DNA from: Limisphaerales bacterium
Lineage (GTDB): Bacteria > Verrucomicrobiota > Verrucomicrobiia > Limisphaerales > JAJOIW01
Direction of reading: 5' to 3'
Assembly (NCBI GenBank): GCA_965657355.1
Contig: CBFHOE010000004.1
Coordinates: 38,072-102,071, forward strand
DNA: 64,000 nucleotides
Shown here: piece by piece, positions 19,275 to 28,779 of the stretch
Layout of the letters: the number at the start of each line of letters is the position of its first letter
Position numbering within the stretch: position 1 is the first letter of the stretch
Position numbers and translations under genes: made by a program
Notes under the pieces: model-generated
The model's database searches: none
Told to the model about the DNA's origin: nothing
Seen by the model: the letters and a program-made list of their open reading frames with translations, nothing else

Positions 19275-20217
19275 TCTTAAAATATTCAGCCGTTTTTTGT
19301 ATTCCTTCCTCTAAATCAACTTGAGCTCTGAAATTAAAATCTTCCATAATTTTTTCCACGCTTGGCACTCGGAGTGCAATGTCAGCAGATAGAGCTGGCT
19401 TGAATATAATCTTAGAGGAAGAGTCGAGTACACGGCAAACGGTTTGAGCAAGACCCAAAATAGTGATTACAGCCCTGGCGTTTCCAATATTATAAGTTTG
19501 GCCAATAGCTTTTGGAGAGTCGAGGCAATGGATCATGCAATTAACAAAGTCATCGACATAGCACCAGGCTCTGATTTGGTTGCCCTCACCATGAATATAA
19601 ATATCCTCACCTCTAAGCGCTTTTTTGATGAAGATTTGTATGGCTCCTTCGCCCGTTTGCCCTGGTCCATAAACATTAAATGGCCGGACAGTCACCGTGG
19701 GTAAATTGTGCTGGGTGTGATAAGCCTTCACTAAATGTTCTCCTGATAGTTTGCTTACGGCGTAAACCCATCTCGCTTCACCCGCAGAACCTGTTACCGT
19801 AAGGTCTTCTTCTTTTGAGTTTAGAGCCAGTGAACCGAAAACTTCTGATGTTGAAAAATCTAGAAATCTGTCGGTAATACCTTTTTTTTGAGACACCTTT
19901 AAAACATTAGCAGTGCCAATCATGTTTACCTCCATTGTTTTGACTGGATCTTTGATCACGGTATCAATACCGGCAATGGCGGCTGCATGAACTACGAGAT
20001 CAACATCATTAAAGCTGGATTCCAGGAGCTCATAATCCAGCACATCTCCTTTGATTACCTTAATTTGTTCATTCCCAGAATGTTGGCTTTTGGAGAATGT
20101 ATCCCTCGCGAAATTGTCGTAGATTGTAATTTTGTTTTTGGAGATGAGCCTTGAGATTAAGGTGTTTGAAATGAATCCAGCACCGCCTGTGATAAATATA
20201 TGTTTGCCTTTAATCAT
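19258..20217 (-). CDS. NAD-dependent nucleotide-sugar epimerase/dehydratase
   Basis: TGGAGFI, STSEVFG, YAVSK and RPFNVYGPGQ (extended SDR). Confidence 0.95.
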   Translation of the reverse strand: MIKGKHIFITGGAGFISNTLISRLISKNKITIYDNFARDTFSKSQHSGNEQIKVIKGDVLDYELLESSFNDVDLVVHAAAIAGIDTVIKDPVKTMEVNMIGTANVLKVSQKKGITDRFLDFSTSEVFGSLALNSKEEDLTVTGSAGEARWVYAVSKLSGEHLVKAYHTQHNLPTVTVRPFNVYGPGQTGEGAIQIFIKKALRGEDIYIHGEGNQIRAWCYVDDFVNCMIHCLDSPKAIGQTYNIGNARAVITILGLAQTVCRVLDSSSKIIFKPALSADIALRVPSVEKIMEDFNFRAQVDLEEGIQKTAEYFKNDLKA

Positions 20218-20233
20218 TAAGAGATTTCAAAAG

Positions 20234-21361
20234 TTATTTAGATTGAAAATATTCGTCAATGGTATCTACAACGTATTCCTGTTGCTCCAATGTCAGTTCC
20301 GGATAAATGGGTATGGCCAGACTTGATTTTGCGTTTATTTCAGATACGGGCATTGAATTTTCCTCATAACCCAGGTCCCTGAAGCACTCCTGAAGATGCA
20401 AGGGTACCGGGTAATAAATTTCTGTCCCCACATCAGCAGATTTTAAATACTCTCGAAGTGCATCTCTGTGTGATTCTCCCGTGATTATGACAAATTGATT
20501 GTACGAATGCCTCCCATGAATTTCCATGGGAAGTCGGACGCTTCCATTATTAACTAAATTTTTTGCCTCAAATAAGGATTTATAGGTTTTCGCATTAGCG
20601 CGTCTTTTATCTATCCAATTTTCTAAATGGGGAAGTTTTGCGCCTATGACAGCTGCTTGAATGGCATCAAGTCTAAAGTTGCCTCCTATCATTGAATGAT
20701 AATATTTTGGTGACGAGCCGTGAACTCTTAGTTTTTTGAGTTTCTGATATTTTTCCTCTGACTGAGTAGTAATTAGACCGCCATCACCAGCTCCTCCTAG
20801 ATTTTTACTTGGGAAGAAAGAAAAGCAGCCGTAATCGCCAAAAGTGCCTGCATGCCGATCCCCATTTCTTGCCCCCAATGCTTGCGCGGCGTCTTCAATG
20901 ACTAATAGGCCGTATTTTTTAGCTAAATGTAAAATTGGTTCGATGTCCGCCAGTTGGCCATACAAATGAACAGGTATAATGGCTTTTGTCCTCTCGGTGA
21001 TCTTTTCCTCTATATTGCGAGGACAAATATTAAATGAGTCTTTATCAATATCGACAAACACAGGCTTAGCCCCCAAACGCGCAACCGATCCGCCGGTGGA
21101 AAAAAATGTGTATGGAGAAGTAATAACTTCATCTCCCGGGCCAATACCCTCTGCCATTAAAGATAATAACAAGGCATCTGTGCCGGATGAAACTCCAACG
21201 GAATATGCGCTTCCTGTGTAATCATTAAGTGCATCTTCACAGGAACTCACTTTAGGCCCCATGATAAAATATTGGGATTCCATTACTTCGGCAATGTTGT
21301 CATCAACAGCTCTTTTAATGGATTGATATTGGGCTTTTAAATCAAGTAGAGGAACTTTCAT
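20234..21361 (-). CDS. DegT-family aminotransferase (WbpE/WlbC-like)
   Basis: SSGTDAL, EDAAQA and FSFFPSKNLG..GDGG; adjacent to WbpB- and WbpD-like genes. Confidence 0.93.
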   Translation of the reverse strand: MKVPLLDLKAQYQSIKRAVDDNIAEVMESQYFIMGPKVSSCEDALNDYTGSAYSVGVSSGTDALLLSLMAEGIGPGDEVITSPYTFFSTGGSVARLGAKPVFVDIDKDSFNICPRNIEEKITERTKAIIPVHLYGQLADIEPILHLAKKYGLLVIEDAAQALGARNGDRHAGTFGDYGCFSFFPSKNLGGAGDGGLITTQSEEKYQKLKKLRVHGSSPKYYHSMIGGNFRLDAIQAAVIGAKLPHLENWIDKRRANAKTYKSLFEAKNLVNNGSVRLPMEIHGRHSYNQFVIITGESHRDALREYLKSADVGTEIYYPVPLHLQECFRDLGYEENSMPVSEINAKSSLAIPIYPELTLEQQEYVVDTIDEYFQSK

Positions 21362-21386
21362 TATTTATAGGAACGGTAATTTATTT

Positions 21387-22037
21387 TTAACCTTTGAAGT
21401 CGTCGTAGGATTTTGTGCCGGTCGTAAGGTTTGTAGGAAGTGGGGTATCCTCATCAATTGACAGGCACTTCATACCTGCGGTGCCGATCTGATATTCGAA
21501 TTTGGATTCAGGGCAGATATATTTTCCATCTGCATTTGGTGTAAGTTTATGTCCGTGTCTTGACATCCAACCAAATTGTTTCCCTGGTACGCCCATAATA
21601 AGACCATAATTAGGAACATCATTTGTCACTACGGCACCTGCGGCAATGAATGCATATTTTCCAATCGTGACGCCACAAACGATGGTGGCATTTGCGCCAA
21701 TTGAAGCTCCTCGCCCGATTAGAGTCTTTTCGTAGAGAGATTTCCTGACAATTTGAGATCTCGGATTCGAAACGTTTGTGAGGACACATGATGGACCGAG
21801 AAAAACTTCATCTTCTATAATAGTGCCAGCGTATATGCTGACATTGTTTTGAACTTTGACGCCATTTCCGATGATTACACCAGAAGCGACCATCGTATTT
21901 TGGCCAAAGGAGCAATTGGTTCCAATTTTGGTGTCTTTACAGATATGAGAAAAATGCCAAATTTTGGTGCCGTTTCCTATCGAGGCCGGCTGGTCTATGA
22001 TTGCTGTGGGATGGACTTCGTATGGGTCTGCATTCAT
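21387..22037 (-). CDS. Hexapeptide-repeat N-acetyltransferase (WbpD/WlbB-like)
   Basis: IWHFSHI, VKVQNNVS, TNVSNPRS and GANATIVCG. Confidence 0.9.
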   Translation of the reverse strand: MNADPYEVHPTAIIDQPASIGNGTKIWHFSHICKDTKIGTNCSFGQNTMVASGVIIGNGVKVQNNVSIYAGTIIEDEVFLGPSCVLTNVSNPRSQIVRKSLYEKTLIGRGASIGANATIVCGVTIGKYAFIAAGAVVTNDVPNYGLIMGVPGKQFGWMSRHGHKLTPNADGKYICPESKFEYQIGTAGMKCLSIDEDTPLPTNLTTGTKSYDDFKG

Positions 22038-22051
22038 GAAGTGAGTTTATG

Positions 22052-23048
22052 TCATTTGTTTTTTAGTTCTACAGGAAGTCCATTAGTGCCGATTGATTCC
22101 TGGCAGGCCTGAAGCACTCTAAGGACTTGAACGCCTGAGATGCCATCCGTGAGAGGATTTCTCCGTCGATTTGATGCATTCAAGAAATTCTTTGCATTCT
22201 TCTTTTAATGGTTCGAGTGCTGGTATTTCTACGGGTATTTCTGCTTTTTTAAAAGGAATGTCAGCTGCCTCGGTGACTCTAACATGCTGGTCGTATAAGA
22301 TCAGTTTTTTGGTAGATAATACATCATTAAAAACAGCCATTTTTTCATCCCCTATAATCACCATTCTCTGCTCCTTGAATGGGTTTAACCAACTCACGAA
22401 GATGTGCCCATTTACGTTATTGGGAAACTCTAAATTCGTCATGGTGACATCGGCAACTTCAGGGTTGAGATAGGTTGATGCCTTGCAAGCTACCTTTTCG
22501 GGGATAGTATCGGCCAGTCGCAATAAGACCGCAACATCATGAGGAGCAAAGCTCCATAAGGCATTTTCTTCGCGGCGAATCTTGCCAAAATTTAGTCGGT
22601 TGGAATAAAGATAGCGGATCTTGCCGAGCACTCCATTGGCTATGAGGCTTTTCAATGAGAGAATTGCTGGATGGTATTCCAACAAGTGGCCTACCATCAG
22701 AATACGGTTTTCTTCTTGCGCGCACCTGACCATCTCGAGCCCCTCGTCTACTGAAAGTGCCATGGGTTTTTCAACCAATACATCTTTTCCATTTCTCATG
22801 GCATCTATGGCCATTGATTTGTGAAGTGGAGCAGGGGTTGCAATAGCCACGCCGTGAATATCTGGGTCATCCAAAATTTCATCAAAATTCGAGGTGGTTT
22901 TTACATCGGGTGCTACGGATTGAGCCACTTCGAGGTTTTCGGGATTGGCGTCACAGACTTTCCTCAAAACGCCAAGTTCTTTGAAATTTCTGACCAGGTT
23001 TTTTCCCCAATACCCGGATCCTATAACTGCAATGTTTTGATTCAACAT
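22052..23048 (-). CDS. Gfo/Idh/MocA oxidoreductase (WbpB/WlbA-like) with apparent frameshift near the 3' end
   Basis: GSGYWG, EKP and FAPHD motifs. The ORF as given stops at 22119, but the conserved tail RRNPLTDGISGVQVLRVLQACQES continues in another frame after about 22166 to a stop at 22052. Confidence 0.88.
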
Positions 23049-23137
23049 CTTATATATTAAAAATTATCAAAATTGCCCTTATAAATGAGAGAATAAAATT
23101 GAAATAAATCAGCAGTTGAGCTGGGTAATCGAGTGAT

Positions 23138-25228
23138 TCAACTCAAAGACTGCTTTTTCACAAGTTCACTGTAGAGTGCCGAGCAACTCATTAATGCATC
23201 GTGATTACCGATGGAGTCAATGGATCCATGATCCATGACCACAATTTTATCCGCATGTTTAACGGTGCTTAACCTATGGGCTATAATAAACGCCAATTTA
23301 CCAGCAATTAGTTCTGACATCGCTTTCTGGACTTTTACCTCGTTTTCCGTATCCAGTGCTGAGGTCGCCTCATCAAAGATAATGATCGGAGCTTTTTTGA
23401 GAAAAGCACGAGCTATCGATATTCTTTGTTTTTGGCCACCAGACAGTGTGTTTCCTTTTTCGCCGATTACTGTGTGGAATTTTTCAGGAAGACTATTTAT
23501 GAATTCAAGTGCTTGGGCATTTTTTGCTGCTTCAGAAATTTCCACTTCAGTGGCGTTTAGGTTTCCAAGTCTTATGTTGTTCTCAATTGTATCATTAAAC
23601 AAGACGGTATCCTGAGAAACTAAAGAAATATTTTCCCTGAGTTCTGCCAAATTAAAGTTTTTGATGTCTTGGCCATTGATTAAAATTCTCCCTTTTTTGG
23701 GATCATAGAAACGACAAAGCAGTTGGATTAGTGTCGTTTTTCCAGCTCCACTTGGCCCGACTATGGCAATGCTCTCTCCCATGGATGAATCCAAATTAAC
23801 ATCTGTTAATACGCCTGGACTGTGTGGTGTATATTCAAAATAGACATTTTGATAACCGACTTTGTCAATCTTATTTGGGAAAGCTTCTGGGTGCTCTGGT
23901 TGTTTTATCCCTATTGGCTGGTGGAGAATTTCTTCGATTCGATCCAGCGAAGCTAGGCCTTTTTTAATTTGGTTATGAATAGCACCAAGTTTTTTGATAG
24001 GCTCATAGGACAAATAAAGGGCCATGACGAGTGGCGTGAAATCTTCCAAGGTGATACCTTTGCCTGCTGCATAGTAAATAGCCATAGATATACCTATGGC
24101 ACTTATGAACTCTATGGTCGGAGAAAGAAAGCTACTATACTTGACGATTTTCATCTGTTCTTTGAACAGAGACTGAATCACTTGGGTGAATCTATTGGTT
24201 TCTCTATTTTGTAAATTAAAAGCTCTAACCTCTCTGTGTCCTGATAGATTCTCTTGCACCATTGCGGTCGCTTTACCTGTTTGGATCTGCATCTGAAGGG
24301 CTTTTTTGAGAAGTTTTTTTCCTGCAAACCGGATGGGGATGACACAAATTGGAATGATGGCTAGGCTGAAAAGGATGAATGCTATTTCCGATTGCTCAAT
24401 TGACGTGTAGATCAAAAAGGCCATCGCCCCGATAAAAGTAATGGGTTGTTTTATAAGATCGTTGGCGACATTGACAACAGAGTGTTGGAGTTGTGTCGTA
24501 TCATTGAATAATCTGCTCATCAGGTCGCCTTGAGGCTTATCTGTGAAAAATGAGATTTCCACCTCTTGCAATTTACTAAAGATTTTTTTTCTTATTTCTT
24601 CCAAGACCTTTAGGCCGGAAAAGTTAATAAGGTAAACGTTCATGAATCCACTAAAACCCCTTACTGCAAAAGTAATTGGAACAAGTCCCACAGCCAGCAT
24701 TATCATTTGCCATTGGCTCAAATTCAGTGATTGGATAAGCTCAGAGGGGGAGAAGGAGGGCCTTCCTAATTTTTCTAGCTGTTCCTTGTTTTTCTTTTTA
24801 ACAAATATTGGCCCAGAGATTTGTGCCATCTCTCCCGATTCTTTGGCGACCCAAATCGAATTCATTTCCTCTTTGCTCAAAGAAATTCTTGGCGATTCTT
24901 TTGAGTCGGCAACTTTTACGGGAGTGGCAGTTTTGTGCGGTATAAAGTTTGATGGGAGCGCGTTGGTCACGATGCCCACTTCTTTTGTATACCAGCCATT
25001 TTTCCATTCCAATGCACCCATAGAACCATCTTTTAGCCTGATAAAATAATGTTTTTCAGAGGTATGTAGATCTCCTGAAAAAATCAATGGGAAGATGGTT
25101 TTGGTCATGAATGGGAGGCCGAATCCACTCGAAATACCGTAAAGAATTCCAAAGCACACCGCCCCGACAAAGGGCCCTTTTACATGCTTGATCAGTTTGA
25201 AATATGGTCTCAGTCTTGGATGAATCAT
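23138..25228 (-). CDS. msbA: MsbA-like lipid A/LPS flippase ABC transporter
   Basis: TMD-NBD fusion (GPSGAGKT, LSGGQKQR, DEATSALD) directly downstream of a lipid A acyltransferase; long insertion after TM1. Confidence 0.8.
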   Translation of the reverse strand: MIHPRLRPYFKLIKHVKGPFVGAVCFGILYGISSGFGLPFMTKTIFPLIFSGDLHTSEKHYFIRLKDGSMGALEWKNGWYTKEVGIVTNALPSNFIPHKTATPVKVADSKESPRISLSKEEMNSIWVAKESGEMAQISGPIFVKKKNKEQLEKLGRPSFSPSELIQSLNLSQWQMIMLAVGLVPITFAVRGFSGFMNVYLINFSGLKVLEEIRKKIFSKLQEVEISFFTDKPQGDLMSRLFNDTTQLQHSVVNVANDLIKQPITFIGAMAFLIYTSIEQSEIAFILFSLAIIPICVIPIRFAGKKLLKKALQMQIQTGKATAMVQENLSGHREVRAFNLQNRETNRFTQVIQSLFKEQMKIVKYSSFLSPTIEFISAIGISMAIYYAAGKGITLEDFTPLVMALYLSYEPIKKLGAIHNQIKKGLASLDRIEEILHQPIGIKQPEHPEAFPNKIDKVGYQNVYFEYTPHSPGVLTDVNLDSSMGESIAIVGPSGAGKTTLIQLLCRFYDPKKGRILINGQDIKNFNLAELRENISLVSQDTVLFNDTIENNIRLGNLNATEVEISEAAKNAQALEFINSLPEKFHTVIGEKGNTLSGGQKQRISIARAFLKKAPIIIFDEATSALDTENEVKVQKAMSELIAGKLAFIIAHRLSTVKHADKIVVMDHGSIDSIGNHDALMSCSALYSELVKKQSLS

Positions 25229-25257
25229 CCTGGTCTAATTAAAATCTCTAGAAATGT

Positions 25258-27153
25258 TTATGAAGTTGTTTCAACAGGTTCTTGCAATGTGTCTCTTTCC
25301 TGGGGGCACATGTAATGATTAAGAAAGGTTTCAAATTTACTTTTGCAAGCATCTCTTTGTGACTCATCCCATGTGAGACTGTGTATGTTCATCTTACTAT
25401 TAAAATTTAAAGAGGTGGTGATTTCAGGGAAAAATTCAATGTTTTCTGTTTTTTGATTTTTAATAAATAAGCCGTTTAAACCATAAGCTCGAGTGAGCAA
25501 AATCCAGCTGAGCTTGTCAGATATGACAGTCGTTTTTTTGATTTTGAAGTTCGTAAAGATCTCAGGCCAAAGAAGGGCAGTAGGGACAGGTTCTGGTTTT
25601 AAAAACCTCAATGTGTGAATTTTTAAATTTGGGGATCGCTGCCTTAGAATAGAAATAACAGATTTTTCAATTCTTGTATTGTTTATGATTACGTATGCTG
25701 CTTCGTTGTTAATATTTTTTTCACTGGCTGGAATGACCATTCTGTCAAGGCTTAGCTTGTTATCTTCCAGTCCCATATATTTTCCCAGTTTTATATATTT
25801 TGTAAAATATTTATCAAAGTTCGTCTTTGGGATTTCAGCGTTTCCTATTGGCGCCCTGTGGTGAAATAATCGGCTTCCTTTATTGCAATCCATGCCTACT
25901 GTTTGTGGGGACCCTAAGGAGATTGATTCGATAGCAGTTTTGTTGTTTTTTTGTAAAATAATAACAGTGTCAGGATTCTGTTCTCTCCATTTCATGTGCT
26001 GTCGCCATTTGCTTATAAATGGGATTTTTAATCGAAGATATTTCACGTCCAAATCCAAATGAGAAAGGATCCATCCACCGTATTCTGGACCTATGAGCGT
26101 GACCTCTGCGTCTGGCCTACCTTTTATGACTGCATGAACAAAAAATAAACCTTGAACAAATTCATCAAATTCAAAAGGCATGCGAATCCAAATTTTCGTT
26201 TTTTGGGGTAGCTTCTCCCATCCGAATAATGCCATCTGACGCCTTATGAGGGAGCGTTTGTGATTCAGATTCAGTCTTTGGTTTATCTTATTGTGTATCC
26301 TCCATCTGTCATGAACCCATAGCCAATCTTGAGCAAGCTCTTTGTTTTCTATAAGGTAGTCATCAAAGGCTTTATTTCCTAAAAGAGTGATATCAGCTGA
26401 ATCGGTGTATTGATGGACGGGAATAGTATCAATCTGGCATTTCATGAAACTTACCCTTCTTGCGACAACAAGATAAACATCTGCGTGACTTTCCTTTGCT
26501 AAAATTGCTGGTAGCTCAGTGGCTGAAGTCAGTCTGCCCTGGGACATCATGAGTGTTCCTGTCCCTCCCGCTCTTTGATCAAACAAAACTCCAACTGAGC
26601 CATTATTTTTTAATATGTTTCTCGCCTCCTGAAATCCCTTTTTTCTCGAAAGTAGCCTGAATCCATTTCTTTCTCTGGATTGCTTGATCCAGTCATCTAG
26701 TGCCTTTTGATTTAGGGGTCTGAAAATGGCTCCAATCTCACCTATAAAATCTCTTTCTAATACCGATTTTACATGAGGAATCATCTCAACATAACAGTAA
26801 TGAGGGGTGAGGAAAATCTTTGGTCTCGGTGGCCCGTCATTCCATTCTTTAATCAACGACAAAGTCTTTTTAGACAGGGACAATCTCTTTTTGAATTTGA
26901 TATTATTCCAAAATGGACTCGTAAGAGCAAAGAGTGCCATTTCCGTAGTCCTTATGAACGAGGTTCTAATTGTCTTTTTGCGCCATGCATAACTTTCGTT
27001 AGGAAAAGTTTTGGAAATATTTCTGAAGGCTATTTGAAACCTTTTAGGCATGATGCTTCGCCAAGCAAATCCGGCGACGCCGCACAATACCCTTAATATG
27101 GGATCAGGAAGTTTCGAGAGACTCCATCCAAAACATTTTATGAAAATGATCAT
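25258..27153 (-). CDS. LpxL/HtrB lipid A late acyltransferase fused to a degenerate GT9 (heptosyltransferase-like) domain
   Basis: H-x4-E (PHYCYVE), FRPLN, LFDQ and WLWVHDRW. The C-half begins KIWIRMP...GRPDAEVTLI, like the WaaF N-terminus. Confidence 0.78.
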   Translation of the reverse strand: MIIFIKCFGWSLSKLPDPILRVLCGVAGFAWRSIMPKRFQIAFRNISKTFPNESYAWRKKTIRTSFIRTTEMALFALTSPFWNNIKFKKRLSLSKKTLSLIKEWNDGPPRPKIFLTPHYCYVEMIPHVKSVLERDFIGEIGAIFRPLNQKALDDWIKQSRERNGFRLLSRKKGFQEARNILKNNGSVGVLFDQRAGGTGTLMMSQGRLTSATELPAILAKESHADVYLVVARRVSFMKCQIDTIPVHQYTDSADITLLGNKAFDDYLIENKELAQDWLWVHDRWRIHNKINQRLNLNHKRSLIRRQMALFGWEKLPQKTKIWIRMPFEFDEFVQGLFFVHAVIKGRPDAEVTLIGPEYGGWILSHLDLDVKYLRLKIPFISKWRQHMKWREQNPDTVIILQKNNKTAIESISLGSPQTVGMDCNKGSRLFHHRAPIGNAEIPKTNFDKYFTKYIKLGKYMGLEDNKLSLDRMVIPASEKNINNEAAYVIINNTRIEKSVISILRQRSPNLKIHTLRFLKPEPVPTALLWPEIFTNFKIKKTTVISDKLSWILLTRAYGLNGLFIKNQKTENIEFFPEITTSLNFNSKMNIHSLTWDESQRDACKSKFETFLNHYMCPQERDTLQEPVETTS

Positions 27154-27197
27154 CTAATGGATGGCGGTGTCTTTTGTTTGATTGACATGAAAATTCG

Positions 27198-27620
27198 TTA
27201 CTTGGTCTCAGTCTTTCGAAATTCTTTAACTATATCAGGCCTTGACTCCAAATAGTCCGATAGGCTTTTCAATGCAGATATGGTTTCTTCACTCAAATGA
27301 TGCTCTAGTCCCTCGATGTCCCGTTCTTGCGTTTTTTGAGAAACTCCTATACCTGACAAAAACCGTATAAGTATTCTATGCCGTATCTGAATGTTTTCGG
27401 CAATGGTTTTCCCTTCTTGCGTCAGAGTCAAGCCACGGTATTTTTCATAATTGACCAGGCCAGACGATGCCATTTTCTGTACCATAGATGTCACCGATGG
27501 CTGGCTAATTCCTAGCTCTTCGGCAATATCTACGGCTCTTGCATAGCCTTTCTCTTGAATTAACTCATATATTCTCTCCAAATAATCCTGTTCCGAAATG
27601 GATGCTTTTTTTCGAGTCAT
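27198..27620 (-). CDS. mntR: MntR/DtxR-family Mn-dependent repressor
   Basis: DYLERIYELI.EKGYAR..DIA wHTH, RH and DIEGLEHH metal ligands; divergent from a metal ABC operon. Confidence 0.92.
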   Translation of the reverse strand: MTRKKASISEQDYLERIYELIQEKGYARAVDIAEELGISQPSVTSMVQKMASSGLVNYEKYRGLTLTQEGKTIAENIQIRHRILIRFLSGIGVSQKTQERDIEGLEHHLSEETISALKSLSDYLESRPDIVKEFRKTETK

Positions 27621-27626
27621 AAGAAA

Positions 27627-27644
27627 TGTTAAGTATGGCTAACA
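27627..27644. promoter_or_regulatory. Candidate MntR/DtxR operator
   Basis: Imperfect palindrome TGTTA-AGTATGGC-TAACA immediately upstream of mntR, resembling TTAG...CTAA DtxR-family boxes. Confidence 0.45.
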
Positions 27645-27686
27645 AAATTCAGTATGCAATAAAAAATATTTTTTTACTAATACTTA

Positions 27687-27719
27687 TTGACACCATAAAC
27701 TCTTACATAAAATTGTAAG
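27687..27719 (+). promoter_or_regulatory. Candidate sigma70 promoter for troA with overlapping palindrome
   Basis: TTGACA at 27687-27692 and TAAAAT at 27708-27713 (15-bp spacer, which is short). The -10 sits inside CTTACA-N6-TGTAAG. Confidence 0.45.
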
Positions 27720-28753
27720 TGTGGATGAAGTTTTTCATAGATAGTAAATCAAGTGTGATTTTTGCGAGGTCTTTTATTTTTTGTTTAGCGGTTTTTTTAT
27801 TGGGCTACGGGTGTAAACCCGTGGGCTCACACAAGCCAGTGGAGGGCGACCCTGAAGCCAAAAAGGCTATTAAAGTCGTTGCAACAACGGGAATGATTAA
27901 AGATTTAGTTGAAAATATTGGAGGGGACCATGTTTCTGTAGTGGGGCTGATTGGATCCGGCGTAGACCCACATCTTTACAAACCGACGATATCGGATGTT
28001 AAGAAACTGCAACAGGCAGAGTTCATATTTTATAATGGTCTAAAGCTTGAGGGAAAAATGGGTGATATTCTCGAAAAGATTAAATCCGACGGGCGACGGA
28101 CATACGCTGTGTGCGAAAATTTAACTGAGCTTGAAAAATATTTGATTGATGAAGGCGAGGGGCATGTGGATCCGCATGTTTGGATGGATGTCAACGGATG
28201 GATGGCTGCAGCTGATGTTGTCGCCAGGGCACTAGCTGATCATTATCCAGATTTAAAAAATGATTTTGTTGCTTCGTCCAAAATATATAAAACTGAATTA
28301 GAGGCCTTGAATGCTTATTGCCGAGTCTCTCTAAGCTCCATTCCTGAGTCTCAAAGAATACTGGTGACCGCTCATGATGCTTTTAACTACATGGCCCGTG
28401 CTTATGGGCTTTCGGTGAGGGGAATTCAAGGAATAAGTACGGAATCAGAAGCGGGTGTTAGAGAGATCGAGGATCTCGTAGATTTTTTAGTAGAGTCCAA
28501 GATTCCAGCTGTATTTGTTGAATCTTCAGTTTCTGACAAAAACGTAAAGGCATTAATCGAAGGAGCCGAAGCAAAGAAATGGCAAGTTGAGATTGGTGGA
28601 GAGTTGTTTTCTGACGCCATGGGCATAGAAGGAACTTATCGCGGAACATATATTGGAATGATTGACCATAATATCACGACCATAACTCGATCATTGGGCG
28701 GCGAAGCTCCTGAGTCTGGTTTAAATGGAAAATTAAAGACTTCTACCGAATAA
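27719..28753 (+). CDS. troA: TroA/MntA metal ABC substrate-binding lipoprotein
   Basis: Lipobox LGYGC; VDPHLY, DPHVW, TAHDAF and FSD ligands. Confidence 0.93.
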   Translation: MWMKFFIDSKSSVIFARSFIFCLAVFLLGYGCKPVGSHKPVEGDPEAKKAIKVVATTGMIKDLVENIGGDHVSVVGLIGSGVDPHLYKPTISDVKKLQQAEFIFYNGLKLEGKMGDILEKIKSDGRRTYAVCENLTELEKYLIDEGEGHVDPHVWMDVNGWMAAADVVARALADHYPDLKNDFVASSKIYKTELEALNAYCRVSLSSIPESQRILVTAHDAFNYMARAYGLSVRGIQGISTESEAGVREIEDLVDFLVESKIPAVFVESSVSDKNVKALIEGAEAKKWQVEIGGELFSDAMGIEGTYRGTYIGMIDHNITTITRSLGGEAPESGLNGKLKTSTE

Positions 28754-28779
28754 AATTAAGCTTCACTGATTGTTTAAAT

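Noticed and set aside
20234..23048. Firm gnnA/gnnB assignment
   Set aside because: The intervening WbpD-like acetyltransferase favours a WbpB/D/E-type pathway; resolving this needs phylogeny.
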